A stretch of 64,000 nt of DNA. Source: Deinococcales bacterium. GTDB taxonomy: Bacteria; Deinococcota; Deinococci; Deinococcales; JAAFIG01. The position numbers and the translations under genes are program-made. The notes under the pieces are model-generated. The model ran no database searches, had not been told where the DNA came from, and saw only the letters and a program-made list of their open reading frames with translations. Below, piece after piece: positions 49,704-59,412 of the stretch (its first letter is position 1; each line of letters starts with the position of its first letter). The DNA is taken from the NCBI GenBank assembly GCA_043778225.1, contig JAYWGM010000041.1, forward strand, positions 31,538 to 95,537. The letters are read 5' to 3'.

Positions 49704-51083
49704 TCATGTTGTACCAAGCGCGTATTCATGAAAAATTGCGGCTGCATACTTCATGCCTTGAATAAACCGAGCCACGGGCATATTTTCGTTTGGTCCGTGC
49801 AGGTTGTTTTCGGGCGCACCAAAACCAGACAGCACTGCTGGATGGGGAATCGCCAACATGATAATGCCTTGGATACTCACGCCATGCACCACGGGCTGCA
49901 TCCCAAAAACCCGTTCGGCTGCCTTAAAGGTGGCTTGAGAAATGGCTTCACGGCTCGAGACTTTATACGGATTTTTACGGGCATTGACCAAGACCAATTC
50001 GATGTCGTCAAAACCATGTTTAATCATGTGCTGTTCGAGTTTTTTGAACTGTTCGCTCGGCTCGAGTCCAGGTGGGCAACGAAAATCCATTTTGACTGTG
50101 CCTTGGGCTGGAACAATCGTTTTTGAACCTTCACCCGCATAACCCGAGCTAAAACCACAAATGTTAGCACTTGCACCGTAATGAGCGCGTTTGAGGATTT
50201 CAAAATCATCCTCGGTTGAAAGGTGCGTTGCTCCCATTTGGCGCATAAATTCGGTACGGTCAAAATACTGCTGTTCGTCGCGCAGAAACTCGAGGTCGTA
50301 TTCGTCGGGAGGTATCAGGGTGTCGTACCAGCCTTCGACTTTAATAATGCCCGTGGCGGGGTCGGCAATGCTCGAGAGACATTCAATCAAACGCCAAGCT
50401 GGGTTACGCAGCATTTGCGCCCGCCCAGACCAAGTATCTTGTTTCAGGGTTTTACAACGCAATTCGACATATAAAATTGCCTTAATACCAAGGTGAACTT
50501 CGGGGCGTAAACTGGTGCGATTAACCCCGCCATCCAAGCCAATACTGGCATCGCAATGCAGGCGCTCTTTGTGCTTATAAACAAAATCCTCGAGATGCGG
50601 ACTGCCAATTTCTTCTTCGCCCTCGAATAAATACTGCAAACGCACCGGTGTACCACCAGCCACGGCGCGGTAGGCTTTGGCGGCTTTAACAAACGCCAGA
50701 CAACCACTTTTATTATCGGTTGCACCACGCCCATAAATAATCCCATCACGGATTTCAGCGCCCCACGGGTCAGAATCCCACAACTCGAGTGGTTCAGGCG
50801 GTTGGACATCGTAATGCCCATAGCACAACAGCGTCTTAGTATTGGGGTTACTCGAGGCTTCAGTGCCAAGCAGCACTTCGGGTCCGCCATCAGTCGGCAG
50901 AATTTCGGTGTCTTTTACACCGTCCTCGAGCATCAAATCACATAACAACCTTGCACATGGCTCGAGACCCACATTCTGAGCGCTAACCGAAGGCTGGCGC
51001 AAGAAACGCTGCAAGTCAGTGACCGCTTCGTTGGCATGGTCGTCTATGTACTTAAAGACTTGCTCGAGGATTTGTTCAGACAT
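49704..51083 (-). CDS. M20/M25/M40 dipeptidase-like hydrolase
   Basis: YGHYDVQP, GRGATDNK, EGEEEIGSP, HGPNE. Confidence 0.9.
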   Translation of the reverse strand: MSEQILEQVFKYIDDHANEAVTDLQRFLRQPSVSAQNVGLEPCARLLCDLMLEDGVKDTEILPTDGGPEVLLGTEASSNPNTKTLLCYGHYDVQPPEPLELWDSDPWGAEIRDGIIYGRGATDNKSGCLAFVKAAKAYRAVAGGTPVRLQYLFEGEEEIGSPHLEDFVYKHKERLHCDASIGLDGGVNRTSLRPEVHLGIKAILYVELRCKTLKQDTWSGRAQMLRNPAWRLIECLSSIADPATGIIKVEGWYDTLIPPDEYDLEFLRDEQQYFDRTEFMRQMGATHLSTEDDFEILKRAHYGASANICGFSSGYAGEGSKTIVPAQGTVKMDFRCPPGLEPSEQFKKLEQHMIKHGFDDIELVLVNARKNPYKVSSREAISQATFKAAERVFGMQPVVHGVSIQGIIMLAIPHPAVLSGFGAPENNLHGPNENMPVARFIQGMKYAAAIFHEYALGTT

Positions 51084-51232
51084 AAGCGCTTACCCCCAAG
51101 TTATTTGCGAGTTGGGCGAGGCGTAACTGCACACTCCAACTTAATCGAGAAATTCGTGTGCAACCAAAAAAATCCTGCCCTGCGAAGTAGGGGTCGCCGT
51201 CTAAGCGGCGGGGGTCCTGCACCAAGGACAGG

Positions 51233-51329
51233 CGCTGTGCAAGACCCCTCCGACGCGCTTCGCTCGCCACCTCCCCTTCTTGACCATAAGATGCACCTTC
51301 GGGCATGGTCGCTGCTTCGCGGGGAGGAC
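51233..51329. repeat. Family B repeat (inverted copy of 36794-36854) carrying a 36-bp insertion
   Basis: Removing 51277-51312 restores the exact 61-bp reverse complement of 36794-36854. Confidence 0.85.
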
Positions 51330-51397
51330 AAAAGCCAAGTGCCACATTGTGAAACGCAAAATTGTAGTTCTCGTTGGAGAGAATAAAACGGTAAATT

Positions 51398-53095
51398 TTA
51401 TTCATCTAACTTCACCGCCGCTTTTTGTGTGCCACCTTTTTGGCTCGAGACTAGAATATGGATTTTTGCCCCTGTTTTGGCTTTGACTAACCATTCAACA
51501 GGTCGGGCTGTCCGACCCCATTTTTCGCCCCACGGCGACCACGCATATTTGCGCCCGTTGCGTCCGGCTAAATGTCCAAGGTCGTTGCTCGAGTCGCCCA
51601 TGATTAACTCGGCATTCTCGAGGTGCAATGCGGCTTTGACGGTTTCGGCTACTTTTTTCTCGATAGCGCGGTCAGTCAGATGACTTGGCAAGTAGCCGTC
51701 GTTTCCGACAACTGCCTTAATTTTATAAAGGCTCGAGCCATCTGGGGCTGTGCCAAGGTATTCGGCGCTACTCGAGCGGACTCGAATGCGTGGGCTGGCG
51801 GCGGCGTGTTCTAGGCAAAAAAGGGTATTGTTGTGGCAAATTTCCTCGAGCAGATGTCCCGGTGGGTTTCGCAGTACCCAAATTTCGGCAAGTCCACCAA
51901 TTTCGACTTGACCAAGTTGTGGATGCTCAAAGGTTGTCCATTCGCGCCAGCCTTTGTCGCCGTGGTTCTCGATCACCCACTGCACCATTTTAATCAGGGT
52001 GTCTTCGTCTCGAGGGCGAAGGTTGTAAAAAGCGACTTTTTCGATTCCAGCCGCTTTTTCGATGTCCCAAAGTTCGGTCGCAAAAATCGGTACACCAGTC
52101 TCTTCAAACATCCAGTCTTTTAACGAACCACGTCTGGCTTTGGATTTATCGGGGGTAAAGCCCTCGTAGGTGCTGATGGTTGGATAGCCTGTGATGCTTG
52201 TGCCGACTGCGCCTAAGTCCTTGAATAGGGTTAAGTCCCTCGGACTCATGTCCACATCGTATTTGGTGGTGCTGGGGCGCAAATGCACGCCACCGTGGGT
52301 GTGAAACGAATTCATGCCGCAAATGTTTGGGTGCGCCAGAATAAAATCAATCATCGCTTTGGATTCTGGTTCAGAACCGGGGTACAAGCCAGCCCCGTAC
52401 TGTTCGGTTTCTTGCGCCCAATTGGCAGGAAATTGACGGTTGAGGTTGCCATCACGGGTGGACTCAATCTCGAGTTCGACACCATCGTAATCTGGAATCA
52501 GACCTTCGGGGTACAAACGGTAATACGTTCCACCAAATTCGCCAGGAGCGCGTTGCACCATCACCCTCGAGTCCTTATCAGATTTTTTCCATTCGCCAGC
52601 CGCGTCGGCAACCCGCATCTGGACAATAAAACCATCGTTGTTCAGGTCGGTTTGGTACAAGCCATGCCCGCGTTCGTCTTCTGTGCCGGGTACAAAACGC
52701 CCGTTGCCGCACCAACGAAACGGATGTGCCAACGAATACTCTGCGCCATCTGGGTTAAGGCGCGGCAGGATATAAAAGGTTTGTTCGTCCAAAAGCATCG
52801 TGGTTTTTTGGTCTGTGCCGTACTGCTCGAGTAAATACGAGGCAGCGTACAAGGCTGTGGCACTGGTGGTGTGTTCCTCGGCGTGAATATGGGCATCTAT
52901 GTAATAGGCGGGTTTCTCGAGGTCTGTGCCAGTGGCTTTATTAGTGATTGTTAAAAGCCAAATTTCACGCCCGAGAAAGGTTTTTCCAATGCTGGTCAGG
53001 GTCGCAAGTTCGGGGAAAGCGGCTGCTAATTGCTGCAAGAGCGCCGTCAGTTCTTCGTAGTTATAGAAACGGTTATGGGCGATGGGGGGATTCAC
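51398..53095 (-). CDS. M14 family zinc carboxypeptidase
   Basis: HIHAEE, LNPDG, NLNRQFP, SEPES, FHTHG. Confidence 0.88.
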   Translation of the reverse strand: MNPPIAHNRFYNYEELTALLQQLAAAFPELATLTSIGKTFLGREIWLLTITNKATGTDLEKPAYYIDAHIHAEEHTTSATALYAASYLLEQYGTDQKTTMLLDEQTFYILPRLNPDGAEYSLAHPFRWCGNGRFVPGTEDERGHGLYQTDLNNDGFIVQMRVADAAGEWKKSDKDSRVMVQRAPGEFGGTYYRLYPEGLIPDYDGVELEIESTRDGNLNRQFPANWAQETEQYGAGLYPGSEPESKAMIDFILAHPNICGMNSFHTHGGVHLRPSTTKYDVDMSPRDLTLFKDLGAVGTSITGYPTISTYEGFTPDKSKARRGSLKDWMFEETGVPIFATELWDIEKAAGIEKVAFYNLRPRDEDTLIKMVQWVIENHGDKGWREWTTFEHPQLGQVEIGGLAEIWVLRNPPGHLLEEICHNNTLFCLEHAAASPRIRVRSSSAEYLGTAPDGSSLYKIKAVVGNDGYLPSHLTDRAIEKKVAETVKAALHLENAELIMGDSSNDLGHLAGRNGRKYAWSPWGEKWGRTARPVEWLVKAKTGAKIHILVSSQKGGTQKAAVKLDE

Positions 53096-54339
53096 AAATG
53101 ACCTCCAGAAGATGGTCTGATTTCAAGACCATCTTTATAAACACGCAAATTACTTTTTTGTTGCAAAACACCAATATCAGTCAGTGGATTACCCTCGACC
53201 AAGACCAAATCTGCAATTTTTCGAGGCTCGAGTGTGCCAATCTCTGGCATATCCAGTAATTCAGCCGCCGTTTGGGTCGCTGCCTGAATTGCCTCGAGCG
53301 CGGTTAAGCCACCGCGCATTAAGAGTTCCATTTCATGGTGATTAGAAAGTCCGTGTGGCAACATAAAACCCGCATCTGTACCGGTCACGATTTTGACCCC
53401 TGCTTTTTTGGCTCTGGTTAAACTGTCCCACATCGCTTCACGTCCTAGCTCGAGCCAGCGAATGCTGTTGGCGTTGGCATTTTGGGCTGCCCACGAATGT
53501 TCAAAATGATTTTCTTGGACGCGCAGGGTTGGCACGTAATAACAGTTTTTTTCTGCCATTAAATCTAAGCATTGGTCATCGAGCCAGCGTCCGTGTTCGA
53601 CACTATCTAACCCAGCTTTGACCGCCATATTGACGGTTGGTCCACCCGAGGTGTGCGCCGCGACGCGCTTCTCGAGACGGTGGGCTTCATCTATCGCAGC
53701 GATGATTTCGGATTGATCCATTTCTTGTTTGTAGGGGTGCCGCCAATCACGGAATGAACCGCCACACAAATTAATTTTAATCACATCTGCGCCGCGTTTA
53801 ACTTGGGTTCGCACTCCAGCTTGCCACTCGAGCGCCCCATCACAAGGGTAGGTCATGTCGTGTAGTGCCACATGGTCGCCCCAACCGCCTTTGTCCATGT
53901 GTCCACCTGTGACCGAAAGCCCCAAACCACAAGCCCGAATCCGCGGACCTGGCACATAACCCGCGTTAATCGCCTCGCGTAAGTCAATGATTGTCCCGCC
54001 GGGGGCGTTTAAGTCGCGCACCGCAGTCACTCCCCACTCGAGCGTTTCACGGGCGTAACGGGCGGCTCTGAGTGCCAATTTGGGGTAAGACATTTCGCTG
54101 GCTTCGGCTCGAAAGGCTCGAGCTTCGATCGCGCCGCTATACGCAAGGTGAACATGGGCATCAATCAGACCGGGTAGTAAAGTCTCGCCATAAATGATGT
54201 TTGCGCCGTCGGGCAGACTGACCTCGGCGGCTCGAGCAACACTGGCAATGCGCCCGTTTTGAACTTCTAGCACAGCCTCCTCGAGCCATGAGCCATTGCC
54301 AACAATCAGGCGCTTGACCACAAAAAAGGTCTGGTTCAT
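53092..54339 (-). CDS. Metal-dependent amidohydrolase (Xaa-Pro dipeptidase-like subgroup)
   Basis: PGLIDAHVH, TGGH, IKIN, AAHT, VEHG, GTDAG. Confidence 0.9.
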   Translation of the reverse strand: MNQTFFVVKRLIVGNGSWLEEAVLEVQNGRIASVARAAEVSLPDGANIIYGETLLPGLIDAHVHLAYSGAIEARAFRAEASEMSYPKLALRAARYARETLEWGVTAVRDLNAPGGTIIDLREAINAGYVPGPRIRACGLGLSVTGGHMDKGGWGDHVALHDMTYPCDGALEWQAGVRTQVKRGADVIKINLCGGSFRDWRHPYKQEMDQSEIIAAIDEAHRLEKRVAAHTSGGPTVNMAVKAGLDSVEHGRWLDDQCLDLMAEKNCYYVPTLRVQENHFEHSWAAQNANANSIRWLELGREAMWDSLTRAKKAGVKIVTGTDAGFMLPHGLSNHHEMELLMRGGLTALEAIQAATQTAAELLDMPEIGTLEPRKIADLVLVEGNPLTDIGVLQQKSNLRVYKDGLEIRPSSGGHL

Positions 54340-55553
54340 GGGCTGACCTCGAGTCCGTCTTTGAAGACCCGCAGGTTATTTTTTTGTTGTAAAACTTTAA
54401 TATCTTCAAGTGGATTGCCATCTACCAAAAGTAAATCTGCGATTTTTCCCGCCTCGAGCGAGCCTACTTCGGGCATTTGCATCAGTTCGGCGGCGGTTTG
54501 CGTCGCTGCTTTGATTGCCTCGAGCGCACTTAAACCACCGTGCATCAAAAGTTCCAATTCTCGAGCGTTCATGCTGCCGTGTGGCAAAGTAAAACCCGCG
54601 TCTGTACCAAGCGCAATTTTCACGCCAGCCCGAAAAGCAATTTCTAAGGAAACCCATTTATCTTCGCGGGATTTCTCGAGCCATTGCCGTGTACTTAAAC
54701 TCAGATGCTCGAGTGGAAAATCAAAATTTCGTTCATTGACCAGCAGCGTTGGCACATAATACGCGCCGCGTTCTGCCATCAGGTCAGCCGTTTCTTGGTC
54801 TATCCAATGCCCATGCTCGACAGTGTTTAAGCCAAGCGCTACGGCTTTTTTGACACTTGGACCACCCGAAGTATGGGCTGCCACGGGCTTCTCGAGATGC
54901 TGGGCTTCCTGCATCACGGCAGCAATTTCTTGGTCGGTCATTTCTTGGCGATACGGCGTGTGGAGCGGGTCGCGTCTCGAGCCAACACACAAGTTAATTT
55001 TAATAAAATCTGCCCCGCGTTTGACTTGGCTTCGCGCCCCACGAATAAAACCCAGTGCGCCATCACAAGCTAAGGTTTGGTTGGTCAAATTCACATGGTC
55101 GCCCCAACCACCACTGTCCATGTGTCCGCCTGTGACCGACAAACCCAAACCGCAAGCCTTGACTCGAGAACCCAGCACATGACCAGCCTTAATTGCGTCA
55201 CGTAAATCAATAATTACGCCACCGGGGGCGTTCATGTCACGCACCGAGGTAAATCCCCACTCGAGTGTTTCCCTTGCGTGTTTAGCCGCCCTAAGCGCCA
55301 AAAGCGGGTACGAGGTTTGGCTGGCTTCGGCACGAAACGCACCTGTTTCGGGTTTGCCCGTGTATGCCAAATGCACATGGGTGTCTATTAAACCGGGCAT
55401 CAGGGTTTTGCTGCGAATGATATTTACACCATCTGGAATACTGACCTCAGCCGCTCGAGCCACCGCCGTAATCACACCATTTTCCTCGAGCAGTACCGCA
55501 TTCTCGAGAACCGATTGCCCATTGATTAGGTTTTCGCACAAAAAGGCATTCAT
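54336..55553 (-). CDS. Metal-dependent amidohydrolase, close paralogue of 53092-54339
   Basis: PGLIDTHVH, LSVTGGHMD, IKINL, AAHTSGG, VEHG, GTDAG. Confidence 0.9.
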   Translation of the reverse strand: MNAFLCENLINGQSVLENAVLLEENGVITAVARAAEVSIPDGVNIIRSKTLMPGLIDTHVHLAYTGKPETGAFRAEASQTSYPLLALRAAKHARETLEWGFTSVRDMNAPGGVIIDLRDAIKAGHVLGSRVKACGLGLSVTGGHMDSGGWGDHVNLTNQTLACDGALGFIRGARSQVKRGADFIKINLCVGSRRDPLHTPYRQEMTDQEIAAVMQEAQHLEKPVAAHTSGGPSVKKAVALGLNTVEHGHWIDQETADLMAERGAYYVPTLLVNERNFDFPLEHLSLSTRQWLEKSREDKWVSLEIAFRAGVKIALGTDAGFTLPHGSMNARELELLMHGGLSALEAIKAATQTAAELMQMPEVGSLEAGKIADLLLVDGNPLEDIKVLQQKNNLRVFKDGLEVSP

Positions 55554-55566
55554 GCTTTAGCCTCAG

Positions 55567-55635
55567 CAGGGACGATGACCAGCATCGCTCCTACGAAAAA
55601 TCCTTTCCTGTAGGGGCGAACCTTGTGTTCGCCCC
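55567..55635. repeat. Pair of GTAG-type REP-like hairpins
   Basis: ...CGATG-ACCAG-CATCGCTCCTAC and GTAGGGGCGAA-CCTTGTG-TTCGCCCC. Confidence 0.65.
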
Positions 55636-55662
55636 AAACGCCATTGGATAGCCACCAGAAAT

Positions 55663-56409
55663 TCATGTCTCCCACCCTTGTTCCCGTAAAGTTTCGGAGC
55701 GTTCCCAAGCATTGACGTACTGGTCATGGATTCCGCCTGAAGTTTGCCTTGCCAATTCAACAAAAGCTGGCGTGATTAAAATCGGGTCTTTCCAGATTTT
55801 CTTGGTCTCGAGCGAATAGGTTTGTTCACTCATGCTGGTCTGTGTTGGTACGCCCGGGGTGATGGTATTGACGGCGATACCAAAACTTTCGAGATCTTTG
55901 GCAATGGCTCGAGAAAGTCCTTCTAAACCAAATTTTGAGGCACAATAAGCAATTTCGTTGGCAAAACCCAGCACTCCAGCCCGAGAAGAAACATTGATGA
56001 TTGAACCACTTTGGGCTTTTTTCATGGCGGGCGCAAAGGCTTGGCAAGTTAAAAAAGGTCCTCGCAGGTTGATGTTGATGATTCTGTCCCAGTCCTCGAG
56101 GGTGGTTTCTTCAAGGTGCTTTTCGATAATCACACCAGCCACATTGGCTAGAATATCAATCCGCCCATGTCCAGCCAAAACCGTTTCGGACAGCCGCGCT
56201 ACACTGCTTATTTCGAGTAAATCGGTCGGCACTGTCCATGCCTCGAGTCCAGCTTGACGCAAAAACTGCATTTCGGTCTCGAGTTCTTCGGTTTGGCGGT
56301 CTGCGCCGTAGACAATTGCGCCTTCTTGGGCAAAGGCTCGAGCCACGGCGCGTCCGATGCCTCGGGCTGCGCCTGTCACAACCGCCACCTTGCCCAAAAG
56401 TCGGTTCAT
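55663..56409 (-). CDS. SDR family oxidoreductase
   Basis: TGAARGIG, NVSS, YCASK; start reassigned to MNRLLGK. Confidence 0.88.
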   Translation of the reverse strand: MNRLLGKVAVVTGAARGIGRAVARAFAQEGAIVYGADRQTEELETEMQFLRQAGLEAWTVPTDLLEISSVARLSETVLAGHGRIDILANVAGVIIEKHLEETTLEDWDRIININLRGPFLTCQAFAPAMKKAQSGSIINVSSRAGVLGFANEIAYCASKFGLEGLSRAIAKDLESFGIAVNTITPGVPTQTSMSEQTYSLETKKIWKDPILITPAFVELARQTSGGIHDQYVNAWERSETLREQGWET

Positions 56410-57173
56410 GTTGCTACCCTTCCGCCGTCTATCAGCAGTCCAATGCCAGTCGTAAAGGAACTCATTTCGGATGCCAAATACAAAACCGTGCGGGCAATCT
56501 CGAGCGGCGTTCCCATCCGCCCAATCGGCGTGTTTTCCATCCACATGGCTCGGGTGGCGGCTTGGTCGGCTGCCAAGTCTAAGTTGCGCTGGTTCATTGG
56601 GGTGTCAATTACGCCTGGACAAATCGCATTAACCCGAATGTTCTGTCTCGAGTATTCAATCGCCAAAATGCGAGTCAGCGACATAATCGCGCCTTTAGAA
56701 GCGCCATAAGAAATGTTACCGCCAACATTGGCAAATGCCGAAACCGAGGAATTATTGACAATTGTGCCACCGCCAGACTCAAGCAAAAGGGGAATGGCGT
56801 GTTTGCAACAAAAAAATGTACCTTTGAGGTTAATGCCAATCACTCGGTCAAACAGTTCTTCGCTCACGTCCACACTGGGGGTTTTGGGTTGCTCGATTCC
56901 AGCATTATTAAAAATAGTGTGCAAAGCGCCGAATTTATCTTTAGCAGTGGCAACCATATTTTTAACATCGGCTTCTTTAGAAACATCGGTGCGGACAAAA
57001 ACCGCTTTTCCACCCGCCGCCATGATTTCTGCCACAGCACTTGAGCCACCCGCCTCGTCCACATCGGCAATCACCACGCTTGCACCTTCTTGGGCAAACA
57101 GAACGGCAGTTGCTCGACCCATGCCGTTACCAGCACCAGTCACAATGGCGACTTTGTTCTCGAGCCAATTCAT
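56406..57173 (-). CDS. SDR family oxidoreductase
   Basis: TGAGNGMG, NNAG, YGASK, IDGG. Confidence 0.9.
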   Translation of the reverse strand: MNWLENKVAIVTGAGNGMGRATAVLFAQEGASVVIADVDEAGGSSAVAEIMAAGGKAVFVRTDVSKEADVKNMVATAKDKFGALHTIFNNAGIEQPKTPSVDVSEELFDRVIGINLKGTFFCCKHAIPLLLESGGGTIVNNSSVSAFANVGGNISYGASKGAIMSLTRILAIEYSRQNIRVNAICPGVIDTPMNQRNLDLAADQAATRAMWMENTPIGRMGTPLEIARTVLYLASEMSSFTTGIGLLIDGGRVAT

Positions 57174-57907
57174 GATGCCCTCGATTCGGCAAATTGCGGC
57201 ACTGCTGCCACAAAAACCCCAGCCGTGTTTTGTGCCTCAAGCGTCATGTCGGCAAGTTCCAAGTGCTTAATCACCATTTGAATGTGCCGCCGCGCAGCTT
57301 GTTCGGCAGCCTTTGGGTTTTTCGTCGCTATCGCATCAAAAATGGCATGGTGTTCGGCTCGGACATCATCTCGAGAACGGCTTGTGCCACTTTTGGGGTC
57401 GCTCATGCGGCGAATTGTATTGCGTCGGTAAACGGCTGCTAACTCAGCCGCAATTTCGCTAAAACGAATCAAGTGGCGATTACCCGCCACTTCATAAATA
57501 TGATGATGGAATTGAAGGTCGCTGACCCATAAAGCACTCGAGTCAGATTCTTGGATCGGTGTTTCCCAAGCCTTTAGGTAGGTCTCGAGTTGCTTGATGT
57601 TCGGCTGGTCAATTCTTCCAGCCGCCAGAAAAGCCGCCACGCCATCTAAGCCCATCCGACACCAGTAGAGATTGACCACATCCTCGAGTTTTAAGACACT
57701 GACTTCTAAACGTCCGTTGAAATCATCAATCAGACCACGTTCACGCAGCATTACCAGTGCATTACTGATGGGGGTACGACTGACATTGAGTTGGGCTGCC
57801 AGTTCGACCTCGACCAAGCCATCGCCGGGGTGCAGTTCGCCGTTGATGATGCGGTCACGAATGTTTTCGTAAACTTGGTCGCGCAGTGCTTTTCCTCTGG
57901 AAATCAT
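57170..57907 (-). CDS. GntR (FCD) family transcriptional regulator
   Basis: ELAAQLNVSRTPI, DLQFH, EHHAIFDAI. Confidence 0.9.
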   Translation of the reverse strand: MISRGKALRDQVYENIRDRIINGELHPGDGLVEVELAAQLNVSRTPISNALVMLRERGLIDDFNGRLEVSVLKLEDVVNLYWCRMGLDGVAAFLAAGRIDQPNIKQLETYLKAWETPIQESDSSALWVSDLQFHHHIYEVAGNRHLIRFSEIAAELAAVYRRNTIRRMSDPKSGTSRSRDDVRAEHHAIFDAIATKNPKAAEQAARRHIQMVIKHLELADMTLEAQNTAGVFVAAVPQFAESRAS

Positions 57908-57938
57908 GGACTCCTTTCAAATAATCTCTCGGCATCCC

Positions 57939-57958
57939 GAATGCTGCATGCAGCATTC
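57939..57958. promoter_or_regulatory. Perfect 20-bp palindrome, putative GntR operator
   Basis: GAATGCTGCATGCAGCATTC between divergent gntR and amidohydrolase genes. Confidence 0.6.
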
Positions 57959-58046
57959 ATGTAGAATGTGGTACAGATTAGGTGACGCGAATCCGAAAGT
58001 CAAGTCTCCCCTTCCGCCCTCATTCATGAAAAGATAAGGATGCCTT

Positions 58047-59273
58047 ATGCCCGAAGCCCCCGCTTGGAAATTCGAGAAAATCATTAAACCGATGTTCGAT
58101 ACCATTCCCAAAGCTGTTCTTTTACGTGGTCGGGTGGTCAGTTGCCACGACCAAAGCGTTCTCGAGGATGGCATGATTGAACTCGAGAACGGCACAATCA
58201 AAGCTGTCGGGAACAGCCAAGACTTTGGCTCGAGAAGTGAGGATGCCCTACAAACCAACGGCACAATTTTGCCCGGTTTAATCAATTCCCATGCTCATCT
58301 GGCTTGGGATGGAATCCACGATTTGGCGCATCAGTCGATTTACGATTCACCACAAATCAGTGCTTACAAATGCGCCAGTAATATGTTGATTAGCCTCCAA
58401 GGTGGCATCACCACGGTGCGCGACCTTGGAATGCACGATACCAATTTGTTTGCCAAACAAGCCACCGAACAAGGCATTTTCCCCGGTCCTCGAGTGCTGG
58501 CGTGTGGGGCAGCCATTGTTCAGACTGGCGGGCATACTTATTGGGCGTGCCGTGAAGCCAGTGGTGCAGACGAAATGCGCCGAGCAGTGCGTGAACAAGT
58601 GCGGGCTGGCGCAGACTTAATTAAAATTATGGCAAGCCATGACCTCAACGAATTTACCGACGAAGAACTGCGTGCCGTGATAGACGAAGCTCACCGTAAT
58701 GGCTTACCGATTACTGCCCATGCCACGTTTGAAAGTGTGATTCGCCGCGTTGCCGAATTTGGCGTGGATTGCATCGAACACGGCGGTGACATGAGCGACC
58801 AAACCATTGCCCTGATTCTCGATAAAAACATTCCGATAGTTACAACCTTTGCGCCTCTGGTGATGCAGTCGGTTGCCGAAGTTGCCCGTCAGTACAACAT
58901 CCCCGAATGGAAAATTCTCGAGCGTCAAAAAGCAGTACAAAGCGGGGTGCGTTTTGCAGGCATTGTCAAAGCTGCCCAAGCTGGCGTGACGATTGGCTTT
59001 GGCACGGATGCGGGTAGCCCTGTTGTGCCGCATTCGGTGGTTGCGCCAGAACTCGAATTTATGATTAAACTTGGGGTTAAAAAGAATCCGCTCGAGGCGC
59101 TGCAATCCGCCACCAGCGTGGCGGCTGGCATTAACCATCTGGCAGATAAAATTGGCACGCTCGAGGTTGGTAAAATTGCCGATGTGATTGTGACTCACGG
59201 TCAGCCCGACCAGAATATTGCTGACATCTCGAGGGTGCAAATGGTCTTTGTTGGCGGCGTGCGCCGCGTTTAA
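58047..59273 (+). CDS. Metal-dependent amidohydrolase (start could be 58092)
   Basis: PGLINSHAH, TGGH, IKIM, TAHA, IEHG, GTDAG. Confidence 0.88.
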   Translation: MPEAPAWKFEKIIKPMFDTIPKAVLLRGRVVSCHDQSVLEDGMIELENGTIKAVGNSQDFGSRSEDALQTNGTILPGLINSHAHLAWDGIHDLAHQSIYDSPQISAYKCASNMLISLQGGITTVRDLGMHDTNLFAKQATEQGIFPGPRVLACGAAIVQTGGHTYWACREASGADEMRRAVREQVRAGADLIKIMASHDLNEFTDEELRAVIDEAHRNGLPITAHATFESVIRRVAEFGVDCIEHGGDMSDQTIALILDKNIPIVTTFAPLVMQSVAEVARQYNIPEWKILERQKAVQSGVRFAGIVKAAQAGVTIGFGTDAGSPVVPHSVVAPELEFMIKLGVKKNPLEALQSATSVAAGINHLADKIGTLEVGKIADVIVTHGQPDQNIADISRVQMVFVGGVRRV

Positions 59274-59295
59274 GGTAGAGACAACGTAGCCTCTC

Positions 59296-59340
59296 ACGAA
59301 CTCCCCCTCGCCTTAGGCTCGACCCCTCAAAGGAGGGGTA
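59296..59340. repeat. Family A REP-like hairpin
   Basis: ACGAACTCCCCCTCG...CGACCCCTC...GAGGGG. Confidence 0.65.
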
Positions 59341-59412
59341 CTGGGTTGCTCGGTAAATAAGGTAGCTTCAAATTTATGCCTCGAGAACAGCCTCATTTAA
59401 GGAGAAAAATCT

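Noticed and set aside
51076..51405. 109-aa ORF bridging the M14 and M20 genes with overlaps at both ends
   Set aside because: Made largely of REP-like repeats and the micro-element, with no recognisable motif; probably a chance open frame, though translation is not excluded.
32201..57907. Natural-product biosynthetic gene cluster
   Set aside because: No scaffold-forming enzyme, precursor peptide or exporter; an importer plus hydrolases points to catabolism.
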